A DNA stretch of 64,000 nucleotides from Barthelona sp. PCE. Taxonomy: Eukaryota. The DNA lies in the NCBI GenBank assembly GCA_040285745.1, contig JAUFOR010000004.1, positions 124,001 to 188,000 on the forward strand. The letters are read 5' to 3'. Position 1 is the stretch's first letter, and each line of letters begins with the position of its first letter. Both the position numbers and the translations under genes were made by a program. A model generated the notes under the pieces. That model did not search any database. It had not been told where the DNA came from and was given only the letters and a program-made list of their open reading frames with translations. Of this stretch, positions 61,701 through 64,000 are shown piece after piece.

Positions 61701-64000
61701 TTAACTGTCAAACAGGTTCTATCACTTTCAGCAACAACGCACAGGTTCAGATCGGCGGTACATTCAACATTGGATCAACATGTACTCTAGAGATCATTGA
61801 TGCTGATATAGAGATTCTCATTGGGGCAAAGATCTTTAACCCCACTGTTGATTCATTCATCATTCGCGCTGCATCCATTGTCACCTATATACCCAAGACT
61901 TCGGTTATTCAGCCTGATCACCAGGTTGACAACATCATGGTTGACCAAGGTTCACTTGTTGTCAACACAACAATGACCGTCAACAATTACCTCAACCTCG
62001 CAGGTAAAATCACTGGTGATATGGTTGTATCAGCTCCCTTGGTTGATCTCGGCTCTGGTTCATACAACCCTGTATTCATTGGTAGCGGTTCTATCGAAGC
62101 TGAGGTGTTAGGCTTCAACCGTGCTTCCGTCTCAATTGCTAATTGGGAGATTCTTGTTCTCAACGAGACCTCATTCGACAGCCAGACTCTCACTGTCAGC
62201 AGCCTGTTCACACTTGGTGCTGATTGTGTTGTCAGTGTGACTGACACATGCGACTTACGTGGACCTGATAACACCAAGCTGGTGTATAAGAATCTCGGTT
62301 CTTTCACACTTGATGGTGCTTTCACCGCGTACATTGATGGATTCCATAATCTCAAGACTTTCGATATGATTAACGGTGTTACACTTGTTCCTCTTTCTTT
62401 CACGAACTCAAAGACACTTACTGTTGATGCCACGAGTACAATTAATATGAACTCCTATTCAGGACAGAACGTCAAGTTCAGCAACGTTTGGGGTTCTGTG
62501 CTCATCACTGACGGTGCCATTGAGATGGTTCATGCTAACACCGTATTTGATCTCCAAGGTTCTCTCACCATTCAGGGTGTTGGAAGCGTGTCTGTGCAAG
62601 CTGGTGAACTCAATATCTTTGATTCCAGCTCAATTACCCAGAACTCACCAATTGTTGTTCACAGTACTGGTGATATCATTGTTCCTTGGACCGATCAAAC
62701 TGTCAATCTTGGTGACATCACTGTCAATTCAGGCGGTACACTCCGTATGAATGCCGATGCTACAGTTGACAACCTTATTGTTGAGAACGGTCAGATCTAC
62801 ATCAATACAACGTTCTCTGTTGTTTCTTCTGGAGATCTCCGTGCTGACGCTATTCTGACAGGCCCTGGTAAGTGGCATTCGGATGCTTCCGTCTCAGTTA
62901 CGGCTGATCCGGTTCACCTTCGCGTTCCTCTCGTCATTGGTGACGGTGCTTCACTCACTGTTGAGCCTTCAGGCCACCTGATGCTCGAGGTGAATGCTGC
63001 CATCGAAAATCCCGACGCTGACTTTGTGAATAATGGTACCATCACGTCCATTGCTCACACCACGCAATCAACCTACAATATCTCATCATTGGTTCAGGCC
63101 AATGGTGCGCTCAACGTACATGGCGACATTCGCGTTTGTAACCTGGATATTGAAGGTGGTACAATTACGCTTGTTGGCGATCTCAATCCCTATTGTAACC
63201 TCAACATGCGTGGTGGTATCCTCTTAGGTGCTGGTCAGATCAGAGGTCCGTTCGAGTTCGCAGTTGTCGGTGGTAAGTACTTCGCAGTCGCCACCAAGTT
63301 TTATCTTGAAACTGGTGCTGTTGCATATGTTGAGGATGGTGTTCTTGACTGTCAAGAGGGCTTTGAGCTCCGTACAGAAGATGCCTCTACACCTCTTCGT
63401 ATCACTGGTCCAAACGGTGTGATTACATTCACACCCAAGACTGATCCTACTGAGGAGTTCATCATTGATACAATCGAGCAGCTTGATGGTACTCTTGATA
63501 TCGCTGCACCTCTGCGTGTGTCGAAGCTTCTTGAGTCCAAGGGTGGTGCAGTTAACATCACATCCGAGCTCGTTATTGAATCTGACTTTACTCTTGATGG
63601 CGCTTCTATGACAGGTGTTGGTGGTGGTAAGTGGACTGTTGAGTCTGCTGCTAAGGCTACCATCATCTCCGGTTCTTTTGATGGTCCTTTCGACACAAAC
63701 ATTGAAGGCCTCGTAGAAATGAAGGGTACTCTCAATATCAATCAGCCATTCAACTTAACAGTTAGTCCTGGTACGTTCTCAGTTTTGTATGGAACTATTT
63801 CCTCACACTCTGCTGGAGTCAACTTTATAGTTGCTTCTGGTGGTGAGCTTCTCACTAATAACTACCAAGATCTTCTGTTCCAAACCGATAACGACGATTC
63901 ACATCTTGTTGTCGAAGTTGGCGGTAAGTGGTCCCTCAACTCCATTCGTAAGACTGTAGTCAAGTGGCCCACGCTCATTGAGGGTGAAGTGAACTGTTAC
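28736..64000 (+). CDS. Giant secreted beta-solenoid repeat protein, at least 11,755 aa, 3'-truncated by the window
   Basis: Codons start at positions 2 mod 3. Manual translation at the start (MSRPGAENS...MRVTNLFARGTLSLLKPLFVFLMLSSMLVHVSA/TNCTF), at many internal points and at the end (...KWPTLIEGEVNCY) is open and in the same frame. The ORF track lists no terminated ORF in this frame after 28.7 kb. Codon bias resembles the acetyl-CoA synthetase gene. Alternative start at 28814. Confidence 0.93.
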   Translation, partial: MSRPGAENSKNSRYSVYSKHSNFSACMRVTNLFARGTLSLLKPLFVFLMLSSMLVHVSATNCTFTAGAGLSVDKYGSNGNWDCAKIPTNTDDAFLNTTTDPLVLLLDRSINNMKITLDGASLYMKDGELSVQNDFTLNCTGCQVHGVSMTVDGDFYHYEGIHGDTCTPSGCSGSRNSGDTIVSGDYIFSGPQPKRLYNRVIKVAGDVRFEDGVTQIIVGYGGKLVVDGTVYFPHHSLSFTQRVPGDTEMYTLEFNSFVEFSKYSTMYNRSTFLFEADIGSTANWLIGADELNFKACFFSFVDPADSGVKGVWEFIGEAGHPIVIFHDNQECLATDFEHQTFFKIDAGYDHVSNPNATNGILQLSGKSFALNGDELLFDSISVFSLYCDEVRLKSSNYVGEFDSFYLTGGFGFVGLNIKFIVKDLYLNREGGYTGEIFMNTFIETDHLIQDNYDLTIAGELIVNDLYIFNRSVITFDHTVFITVHDTMEFYSGTFNGLVTDFEDNGLHVDTLKLFSSEPKTTSFLTINTNSTFWDKGTWLANNAKFVFQYFEIAPFNVSEYNDATEYHYIKHTSNDVTTIRTKNLNRTTTGDTLFHAYVHLNNGTLVGKDSVSFGAGGRADELMSAQENVTVAFVHDTLVDSDDTKWDFAPNSLEVITRVLIDGAVMEINNNVDISDANCVWEIIDGEFESHIAHPISHLILGGGNCEFTDIHEIENITILADGKHEFMTNMNISRIYSHSASSGGAKVIFWEPVDINEMETTSGHSIVFEEVSTFNRIIQTNGHNEFIVPTIIDEAFIYNGNFSGLGNNTINQLTWNGGYITGADSTYYDLLILKPYLFVKDWIKGVGTANHFLYGRNIILEAGTLFEYTGTARLYCHDDAVLFIESSALFQMNTTAGPVIWSQHVGSRARCQIKVRLGGDLEKIGANLWTSDWGISTKGNVSLWEGTWRQRAPILIDYIFNVNSSTHFEIYYVGYTLDIYHDFSWRENAVLNIGGLFSANNNAFVFINQYAKIRPYEFDRGNLHFKSTSDIVLDAPFNMTNQIIEADTAVFTHADGAHSDTITITRGTHTWLGEQKFDGMTISGSSSTFNAHVNVSATYRQTAGTVKMKSSANMTRLEICGGTLTVTGALYVDSIDFCGGKLYIEGDLFIEDVVIAVTDSLNVLAPGSVYSKTFTMNAGSATISRMLVDVVTVNGGTLQVANGNIDELACAAGNFRVTVDVSINSTVVNNCYLLSVGTINLNYVWMIGASGRLENQAASTINNIDQTLGFFYINSLPIEIVNHTMRGGIFSANNLVHEVQNLHFYGGDITYHTANQILTLTGNSEIHAGTKTLRRHIKNTGSLTFYEGGVQLMYYTKLENAIGGVIHFDKSITNQYVFDVSNWNAQSSTTKATYKRNTLTNKGKIEVNGTVFMTTQLVVENGGLVEVWNDSLTLHGTSFAGTFNIFEGALLRCINYGLTADYLGVIEGDGSVLIESSSTLSIKDGSRYNIKDTTTVRGHLDIQVGAIITSIGSNVVVQSGSVSITDDHLVFVDNVTVSGGSVNVASKMSIADTLTITGGTQTYTGEFDVAHVVHSAGTLRLQGESDVSVDYHSSGSAMLNVQTLNLDILLLNLTGGTVDVDPTYELKIVNLYHDGGNLFSDGLTVIGLKYEFLSGDVRCYDGIVRVDGITYIRSMGTKRLFGSTTKSATLSFVGDVHWEESNIALGNKAMFVIEPSSILNIDFWTADYTVSTFASSSYPSLFWVKGLMNKYNSTKVTFAAPVTFDSTTHVYKGIVEVAGTGQCNNYFTLDNATLLITSNFFFGFGSDIVGSTDTILEFKSGDITTDRTFLYNNGTFLMTGANVVFDSSTFLIRVGSKLNVTSGNLMFDRSDCELDDVHVSGGVMDINAIVSIESLNMTAPGGLFELSRSVTINGDFDLFAGTVTDDGQLVVLGILRWFGGAISGMGRLLTDGSVDIYDSGSSKDLRISEFINTKECRWHGGDIDCYDDASFKNLGESSLLLIPGGSMLYKGTDADAHPAILENLGNITKYDADEAVFNIKVKDSGRTVLVEGVLSYTGGIESMGYTFINDSAVIQFAGPTQRYFPAAEIVGPGLLRVSAGATVTFTCKFNVTGDTEIAGGTAYFEPGLQLTNIGSLLNISGGICNFHGYPCIASDVLVIGGTFISDSDVTVNGNFTQTAGTDVLDSNAVVFGTFNLSGGDFGGDGATTLNGPVHWSGGLISGGNVFEANEEVFLTGGDKFINRRRFELRKSAVYESGDIYGKNAASLIVSTGCTLDLNPGADMYFWDNEGVRPELGNAHLINKLGASKVTVEWYYNAIAKLDVQEGIFDSAGGGWLAGNMTLAASTSFEVSGGVGFTFANGSDVFGVGELLLSGGDVTMMSGASISLDPGASDLIVDGADVAVQDDVTLTVYSITVDGPPTSILNFEGYKSINLPPTVVQGGFLKARAQVTFTTPVEFTGGESSFSGAVNVQDTMLVSGGTHAFHNYTTADAVVTVTSGVLTGDGRLDFQDQLIFEGGTISGGGLLTASSFTFQTPTVKVLKERTINFASTLDWTAGDIELHDAVLFNVSEAATLNFDLTGDYSLKHISGIDSVIDNYGLIDINNGLSSTIMTLDVLINSYADITVTQGIMDIYSRFTSEDLISIAANGVLRVSDNEFSVVGGSLTSVGKVEFIGGSSIVRDATYNIIDTLVDGGDVIIRDSVTLTKLGNPAEVRSGSLDLRVSPPSSSDIDVTGGILLFNCLDFNVNTLEITSGELKGKGTITVDGSFDFKGGLLNDIGTIKGDNIQIYNSAASKYMDQFSIQSTSSMILNEGYLYGTKDSKLVVDAGAKLTVSGGSTEKLLRNALDEFTSIEVYGTLEVSVVGTLDLDWDIVVYSGGVVDMKLGNINLRDSKVKFLAGSTFNIDNGVFVFATCDRNLFIDNTATFTIGTAGKFHVQSFNVFIDTPVVGAGEIIISGTGTVVLGDNADLTGLSGLEVQTGGELYVPCTSTDFDGTLTISGGAIDGDGDFNVASLVVTGTSTVRNLVVNVDDVTVSGILILQEAVIFAAATFKTTNAVANTYIRFRSSELQIGASATLTIDGTSSHLYFQDYDVFEKESLVSILGTVTVGSHKIIPYVRISIDAAASFTHTTDFAVYNDVYIDGTVTMTDGIDFTALNGAKITFSPSSTFVSGVLKASTNGIVEFKGTSTATNHFFVNSGDLILDGNFDIAAALEVQTNGHVYVKQNSAAGLPNTIIHNGGTVHYEVDTDVVDLTLYSGGDIYIDPEVTISLKSTGTATFLGGNIRSHFTGIINIDAGSTTVFGNVGSSGSVYFFEGTINVEGTMNLDYSYLYLKFDATINVAVGGVLTLKPTQDVANRHHYIEGGTINIYGALKDERANSDSNDYWYIKTSLNIHNGGVFNMDNGVVLLYVESNVHAGANILGTGASRLDYESGIHTLAGVFDGYYLQTSGADATTLTVTGQITASHRCYFNSIVYYDSVDPISCLNDKVEILDDFHIVSFLTPQNIEFAVTSDARLFIETNITIDNLLLQTSTNYGIYLLATLNIANTFNWQYGDFHGTHALVANDIIINSASNNRRVYDSATVHVINILTWSHGKVGLYDTASFVLKPGSTANLGFVDHYYGFMGGSTGYFILNGATVNFQYTNDYYGDFCANIQAKDTTFNFRRCRTRVYALYNKFENCLFTFDSTSSYDDLDFFTGETHLIDTTMTFTDSNDKFRVDHGSKVMMSGTTNIAMVHGNNIIGQGTCSGDRGLYITDTLNVAGSGRFSFSSGFHTYWHDNPIINYGVSTIASGEHFIVDTTFIDMLNITTGAIWIVSGTVSINTVSWTGGYLYGMNDPNDVTVLNIDTLSWNNGYLYQHIMLNVDHFFANPALNTHIQFGAGSVVNVLIDGNFTGGYLYGSMNSLYGARLVIETGAVFNIYFDNGASYFFRRYSSGASEATFENKGTVRFYGHDVPSWTVITSRQYVDWDVINHAGATMEIIDGADVEFRRGGLFDGTFTCSDLGTNVRFGSPTPFYFIGYFNPDCSVTFDGSSVTYVYGEWDVQNDNLIKFGHKIYFQESHEPDPSNDRKQAYTTAVITTIGVWESTGKIYLNSHNLVFDSDFTQTSGELHFDGTITMNPGTTFAFNGGNFYGGTLNVAGDFLIGNSAVTYFYTGIINLSGYGLWTYQHIYFYDSFVLHIAANGVFEVDPLSSGYGWYHSRTSSSMNYDAKIINDGFFVVNCSIPSYCNYMSIRPLFINNNGSHFAAGNTRFLSSTEWYGTTNVSGNAILSLHAESTYNPVTHVFDDTMIWLNESTSILSCESGTTIFKNTIDYYGDLSAFGGAIDFDPSVDLVWMNAEAKLTIQGSTSKTYLTQLPNNFIWEYVEVKSGELIITEDLAIRRLEQSAGIIVIKSDVTLSVIEKFDVSGGYIREDGVLNVNTTDYCNIRGSYYIRDNSVLQINSTCNIMTSARVDLHGEYSRFILTETGMLNETMTGVKYFDCVRAAASTNGGCYFYGTYWRNVSSSNSGMQMFGTIMYYDTFELHDYTNATSYPSSEFKFTDGTGEMRIDGTIFIYDDVIIDFAGSPVYLLSNGHVNVYGTMKSSGTAVKIHGTVEFHPGSLLHVTQYSSITSHTHFMDAEYQIVDGVRTKTEEAGRLVGIDNARFKFVGVSSYVAHIHFHSNNLTLHNLDCGHNAYLHIKSSMVLTGDVKLDRCTFNWNDGVSYVERLHGDEKVPTLWIPTGTNVEAVSHVYWGWIRVMHYGNTHWNTGGTFHLYYGAVFENHGLLNFTSSFSMTTTSGSFINSGDGKLHVTKYGSAITMDVTTHFINNGLVALDSDNSGSWIRFQSRMNSTGEFRFEQGYIRFYADIFYLLPGNKFTGCPSLIDFEYEVSRTYWFDGFYLDSNCPYETNLRIHRNRNQIFFPEFYTDFSTDPPTRIPSQDIDNLSGKPHHFQLIGTTSPYWVSVYFENVNSQWNEFFLEHGAIHLTNSKMVVHEYADLRHFSIMGYGYDSIFDLMNVTTISQNNNKHMYGNLTVRNYGDLYHDDGHIYMSCFYEYGTRFINYGYYRINSANHGYYHSNSRRAMYINRGKFEYYRQSNYYVEFDWAFIEESKHHCIRPDGDCGFVISSSATDINSYGLRFRYGPLRFNGTVFNITSNGRVRFGQHEERTVFIDTKLNCQSSGLIVLESAVNDIYDSDWSDVYNGGYPCYRLWTGVTNAFNSNMGNGTDDMQRYTSSWMTLMIHEGSTFVPASNMFLLTTYDRFGVTSTSGPRVYETPRLDIKDGSTLFIGKDVTFVVHDQCNLYYGRVVGEGTLDCRGTTTIFNSNHFYFLTKKVLLQNTVYQSHYNMLVGRDTEITLYNNSVWEWRPGASSHYTFSMSGSCASYGCSARFIIEEGSSFVASNSYCLLTMAVPLINHGTVDWTGYSCDFYMSPVYDLLERSTGLYTFGTSSVYFTTGYWVFGPNSTYAIDGAETFSIQGDSVFRVVDHEDWVFIGVVRPKNTARIEFVNTTVTDLGSITSFDQQSGMYCYGDVMFDTSFDINGGYHHAVAGRCIFLQPIIIMQATYFYGPSAFIFEQQLRIQAHTYWYDARVVLHDGLLHSSGQIYGQSSNRDESYADHSVFEFLGEATFSSTATSPVTYSTGSGPNESGYFITFIIREGVTATWNRGGNYYVEIINYGTIINDATSDVTCAYGLRLKNYGTILAQSASTFYKNCEITNYNLLSIDGNIGHVRNFGTINFISDSVTADCGYFLTESTSVIYMYIGATYTRLISSGVVRMKGDVHISLDQDDPIIDVNLWNGQIKEDVATYHIYNHTTGEAVGEKAVNGRYIEMKSTTSVIAVAVNHCPNDCSGHGSCTTATGVCNCDFGYFNDDCSGLWCGDCGDGLCVQGSCLCKGESEGNWCENTLASGTVEYSEAIGEWFGNPWVWVPNRYPRDIDSVVVSGGPLHVTQSTLIEELDVSGYLIVDENVILTVNTTITVTGTLEVNGRLILNQDGVLTMTSGKLSGTGIIDIRGVSAFSDGPVEFDGVQVRLGTSTGIHNLDGSIVGLFHFINHGTVTFTGNNTVNDHGSTLYYREDYSASSFTFALINFNNLFVPSDNTSFPRVRSLNASNIQVSEGAVFNVSSGHLDGLLEIGGTLLFSSEFHHDVDSDHYLWLGKKYDHFYNALLTGEVTHHGSKYGTIACDHMHVETRQSLSIDTNFDIGEQCWFEFTDISRINLRTIKHSGVNATSVFWSGGDTSVAATGTYYPPTGSDFDIQFGSVLFMMPVIFDNDIEIGGCVQGFASITFKGIVEFKDFGSEDVICVNVEVMQGDVYHTIKPNNTLIFKNVVDFNGGQYYFLTPNTQMYFHGTVTITPSSDSFFDCPSDDCWFELIDSAQIFMNTPTPSVSFELNGFNGVIHDKIISISQGQFYIDALWITECTINIATNGIFGVNNRITSTIYHDLWIRAYSKRIADAYASIAYSTLTGSGKLKVKQGYGVFTNVDTSSFISTRLHEVVHGELNINGTDFSEQSFHVDDDGTLSCRWVSCDVKDVSVANGTLYFFAQKDDMSFNIRGDLTIAGRGGFSGIHDTTFQTPKHFHYRINVYGTADISGTDVFVTNYQHVHFHGTVNIHDAYIVMGNSAARASLKFFGDQLNMGVGGTDVFVESPINVDYHGSWVVNSDTTIDAGGNVTIESRVVFTDVDLTLATDPDTIFVIKGPGQFYKTHITLGDETTFKVINHFTDDDHSDFTQFDALTVIEGTGQGNFHIGGYQPMFMNATVNFGGMIHIEQDLVGSEGAYPYHVVYIGTSFKINVQKPSFNVSYHRLNIAIGQSLVINQLHIDGNPSKHGVKCGGQIRMDELHWKGGYLTSTHTDFANRKFRVVGTINPSTLTRGNYDMYLSGMLYIESGATMIWSSGRVYVSHGSFGKIHIMNGGTFEERPTENLEMKNSGAYGHLVVDGVYRRKAGFTGTTTYNVLLAGSGLFVNEDGTDDMISYLTTTFTGVFQNDGNFLSKSTTHFYCTISSVEADARFNFFSTSSKLYFHGPVDFGGTFNVTTGYVYFVQQDDSATIGTMLLQAGEVHATEDSYGQKALVKYSYLEMTGGNLRGIGTHFADSFNWFGGNILDAGYLVIDTDAQFLPLSGTTLSLSQRQIVNNGTITVFTEILKCQQLGSIKNLEDGVVKFELGRPKRIHLSLNVYNSDPANSCHFINYGLMNSTNSTHSIDLLIEWNLYQYNEMTLINSTRFHLDHALESVFEGTTHIADGGIFTFSSVDVQIKKFAEFEGPGKISIEDGDFRLNGRISSIDLDVVGGILWYEEFGETLGEANVIGGAIKCADTGCTIGNILLQGGSLVATELMYVSNNFTWVNGDVSGAGNLIIQNYALVKSYEPKVFSERTILVEAGATMEFVDAEVTGENFGSIIADGVVDIKGRCRLLSGDPIEVSITLNGVSTVSTTDVNHIHELNWDINVENSLTLTGTVHFGGLLSLGKGASASISVNNAEMRISGSGARVQKSISVINGGTFRQLRGDIFVYSTGSLISDASSLVLLRNQYGVVWPELVIFGTMNVPTLEMNGFNIMKLEKGAAVTLNSVSITHDESSIQFRDDFTIPSLSMYRGVLSNEATQTITNFEFTGGSITGIGHTIVSTLFMYTENPKVFSVGSLVVDDHLLWLEGDFDLNNYFRLLIDNSAGTGAFLSSGYTIKSSDDTGIFMNNGDLTVNTTTVVESKFINDGVLTIDSVYLNTYGESTSSGTITYANSGGLLVRDNIFTIDAGSTVSGSSVVRALGGTLIINCANYAQTGNLRGDVDGTLIFKDQTTFNAAALSGLTITALQGGFVEFRDLTGTVPNLETRDLWSGVAVFGGIITTDTLLSSAVIYGNGELVTSNVWTMFAGTQLNDTITVRNTGTATIDTVVDPVIALWDETHIINDGTFNVNKGAIVGTGATITNNNDFNIVATTDSPTFSTSVSGTQFINTGTVTKTGVQSSTLGFEFIASNTGAVIVTSGFLHISSPYTAFATFSKGTFFADDGAVLEFDQIFLDVDAQVTSHANGIISFATTGSNPTSIYANYNVDGITRVVEGEVRFVSSREYSNYTVADGHYWTSAGGNLVKIGTDIEVTGGQLHLEHWSHTIESLTGIGGEVHYFNDFQIGQDSTFNGLILDGEDLGTVSFTSSSTSTVNDLEIKNSVVVVDSSSKLIIDGVFTLTSTTMYVDGELEIQDGTITIEGTSKIIIRTGGLFSSVDAFAQTIVDSTVEPTLNYFKVENGATFVRNSANMEDVLTIDAHFICEGDMTLTRGTVLTTASFISSGDVVLPLGGRLVIRGTEYKQIGGSMSDGGFVLIESGTVLFNCDMDISGTNATIRVVDGDVTIRPTGTTSSDAFISRVMLYGGTTHLGETLFITNLMTEERSYIDNGLPILKTEYDATIEVTIFTVNAIECRFDPVVDFTIINSMDLVGEDNHDFYSAHIQIAATAVFTWTSGRFGITSDVIIDNLNEINFAPVVAADNVIISGTEGGVINNDDTMYLRGASYLSFPVVFNINNNLNLIKEFLSEYVFDPVTTITSAVGTSSVFKKGTVEIKGRMVCHGTIEGDSSTDGNLLFTDDSTLLFSSTFTYVPEKLVLNFGGLKAEFEGHMDMTSSASDDSFVVSAGTMYWKGTTFTSTRPIHLTGGSLIMTHAVAPSVWVDGGSLFSDCTTCSIAEELRLTSGIVRTHGEIQISKKMVQSGDYASETITLEGYGAINLKTGSTSSSTGSQLLLDDLTINMEGTASWSVSGGRSDAVDAYTSTGKVLVGSSANLLFNADMPNQWFGLNVDNEGTITRNAGDSGKSELRGEFINRASGSVNVVDGTLMLNVIGENYGSYSAAASSSLAFDTPSFSWNDGTAMSGLGTVDITNGRVSARCVPSAITLKNLKVSGGALDFHCSSFTFEDITITDGSFYLSKEVSCDNLFLYGGSIKNIGKLTASTSTLIDGNLPIEIVQSTVDIAGAGEWRDGNVSMSDLARVIVSSALDINHHKEADGYVNKLEHVSGVDSELVITGTVTQNSNATDIDVSVDTFIESGGSLDITNSSVILRGDSEMDGSSDIGIDGHLGIMDGVHAWTSAHSFSGRGQLEIGGTTQLRSSAAMNFGVDGELLLSDGVSIFETGADIPDNDATVTIIGGTHTMAGELSWSEISHSDGTLVVSAPSEVRTDYMLSNNAKLIVDSTLDVMATMVQEGDSEQSGNGKIEIHGAIYWKAGTMSGLGSTVIHGVSEFTTAKPKFLIERELYSSGIVYHNQGHIHGSDGCSIVIGNNSVYYYSNIDFIKDSGKASIRNFGNLTKLDQLREVGDWCTSPRFDGRLNPDVTGGSVSFSTDGMDLDDMDIIFEGTNEMRWGTGLTVAMSVQRTRNMQGSIYIDQGGYGVPDVLHTSFKTEGNTIFDGGIAKFDTKGGSTSLISKYYCSFAPCPSGSQLATLKPHYLEVHHAMTYDGTYFRLYDAGTNIATHTGEGDLSAAVDTFLHYGGVNHEGRVKYFRVWNRTLDGTEIFRMSKMTEMFGVGDDLAQGLLAFINFTHIHDPTVPYEALGHCETLSPFNSSNHQVSRSRIEFSVQNNQVLLIKNGTTTFVGGGYSNGLFEAYETGRIEFGREKLYITGGTVITKGSGIVIDSGTHDIVPMESTVIVKGSAVVNIIYGTCDEASRFGVDLIIEGGRVNVLKPLDPSLNCFTLNSLEIYNGTMYVTGNLVVKGHTWVYERLSSLTIDVGYLEARDEFLFRKGLIDGTGAVKAEKNLEWLQGEFSGSGPLYNNGNFTLHSDGLKKFYTKTLHNNGNMTWIGGMWELGESPVINNNGPLFINVTDLDFSPPSGSTPLFKNYDSVTIACTSDVIIGIFIDNFGSILAQNDSQLFFSYGGSYHGILHAFDTSSFVFGPGSVYFAADLTVKGDGILTINGTSLEVYSTFEMPGGAIHIHTGHVTFRLGSNFVGTCPIIQYGGTVEFAGGTVDNPFTISAFELINGNLLTNSPIITAGSCKMDDGLINLIGTGSITVTSGQFNMSGGDLQGGGSLYVTTGDFYWAGGNMSGYGDLDVGGTLHIITLDTKFWSERSIICRGNLYWQGGDLIAGNDGNIKVLNGGTVYVQDDSRLVMDGTLVVDGNWISYGAFELSSSIELSGNMEIWDGDTELYNGGVIDGQIFINETGKLSFQQGFFVLSAESVIYGNGSLHNFNATLRLFSSINMPGTSIVTEGGAIYLKAPASINNCGGGFSVWAGLVDLSGAIDAKEASICEMWIKGGDVVVQYGLNLTINDRIRITSGSLTANGNVNSSSTTLLEDGTVKGTGLIESYGVAVWGDVFFDEDGQTIFYGETTINQTTHSVRQREIQFYDDTTMTTGSFELDFGAVIINHGYFTFTEVKTLVDLLSDVNKPSSFINRGEFEIVKDFTSTAKLDNYGNITIGNRVEFVLQAGGEFTHRMHSEATTFVSNIYLEKGAFTFDDALNISGKLNILWLKDSITEVYARLDNVGSWFVNLTTGSVNFHQAVDFVNPTSTLIVVGGNAVLFKDFGVTDTLLIPNIRLQDTGVLIVERDLHVNATSLDMYDSTVARFRDGSIVYIDEVNQNSGIVEGAASELHILDEFIWDAGAQNGFSGVTKSHTKTIIRGTAFKYLSERRFIFNGITEWQRSSIRLTTGAILDIYDDFEVSIPVDQTIRCDTVCADVELNLYGHFYKLTDLLVSIDVPVEVDGNFNISAGAVNIENTDIRITDTLDVSDANLTFINTNVDIRGVGTFISEGNVTIEDSTFTTRGEVQLNGGRFDIINSDIVLQQREVFKNELVNVIIESGSQLLIPYSFDSETTIDRFTLDGGIIDISGKLTVPLSVELISGTVNGDGYLYSYNESIIVNPTFTDELTATFIKYTLINTQGALTMNYIDMWFYDSLEVNSTSLTVADGAAFRINENCSYSSETAFTAWDIGMNALDTALYDLKGVIDINIGSERYTISNAQLVGSMLLEDGDARFTGSYVQVGELTISNANVDFRGGSSKTVEFWSASEVNCQTGSITFSNNAQVQIGGTFNIGSTCTLEIIDADIEILIGAKIFNPTVDSFIIRAASIVTYIPKTSVIQPDHQVDNIMVDQGSLVVNTTMTVNNYLNLAGKITGDMVVSAPLVDLGSGSYNPVFIGSGSIEAEVLGFNRASVSIANWEILVLNETSFDSQTLTVSSLFTLGADCVVSVTDTCDLRGPDNTKLVYKNLGSFTLDGAFTAYIDGFHNLKTFDMINGVTLVPLSFTNSKTLTVDATSTINMNSYSGQNVKFSNVWGSVLITDGAIEMVHANTVFDLQGSLTIQGVGSVSVQAGELNIFDSSSITQNSPIVVHSTGDIIVPWTDQTVNLGDITVNSGGTLRMNADATVDNLIVENGQIYINTTFSVVSSGDLRADAILTGPGKWHSDASVSVTADPVHLRVPLVIGDGASLTVEPSGHLMLEVNAAIENPDADFVNNGTITSIAHTTQSTYNISSLVQANGALNVHGDIRVCNLDIEGGTITLVGDLNPYCNLNMRGGILLGAGQIRGPFEFAVVGGKYFAVATKFYLETGAVAYVEDGVLDCQEGFELRTEDASTPLRITGPNGVITFTPKTDPTEEFIIDTIEQLDGTLDIAAPLRVSKLLESKGGAVNITSELVIESDFTLDGASMTGVGGGKWTVESAAKATIISGSFDGPFDTNIEGLVEMKGTLNINQPFNLTVSPGTFSVLYGTISSHSAGVNFIVASGGELLTNNYQDLLFQTDNDDSHLVVEVGGKWSLNSIRKTVVKWPTLIEGEVNCY
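46229..46402 (+). other. Two tenascin-type EGF-like repeats within the giant ORF
   Basis: CPNDCSGHGSCTTATGVCNCDFGYFNDDC followed by CGDCGDGLCVQGSCLCKGESEGNWC. Confidence 0.88.
56600..57380 (+). other. LamG/concanavalin A-like (pentraxin-type jelly-roll) domain within the giant ORF
   Basis: HHAMTYDGTYFRLYDAG (57020), EGRVKYFRVWNRTLDGTEI (57152) and GLLAFINF match the Laminin_G_3 pattern HvavTyDg..lrLYvdG / G.idevriwnraLs..eI / GLvayw.F. Confidence 0.75.

Noticed and set aside
29187-63741. Dozens of short ORFs (60-190 aa) on both strands in the supplied track
   Set aside because: The + strand ones all lie in one alternative frame and the - strand ones are antisense shadows. Both are expected by-products of the biased codon usage of the giant ORF and show no protein-like motifs.
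28736-64000. Possibility that the giant ORF is bacterial contamination or a mis-assembly
   Set aside because: It has a eukaryote-type signal peptide, tenascin-type EGF repeats, many N-glycosylation sequons and codon preferences like the host acetyl-CoA synthetase gene, and no near-identical DNA repeats were seen. Read-level confirmation is still advisable.
1-64000. Alternative genetic code (TAA/TAG read as Gln, as in hexamitid diplomonads), and tRNA, rRNA, CRISPR or transposon features
   Set aside because: Conserved genes end properly at TAA, TAG and TGA and have no internal stops. No RNA gene, repeat array or transposase motif was recognised by eye.
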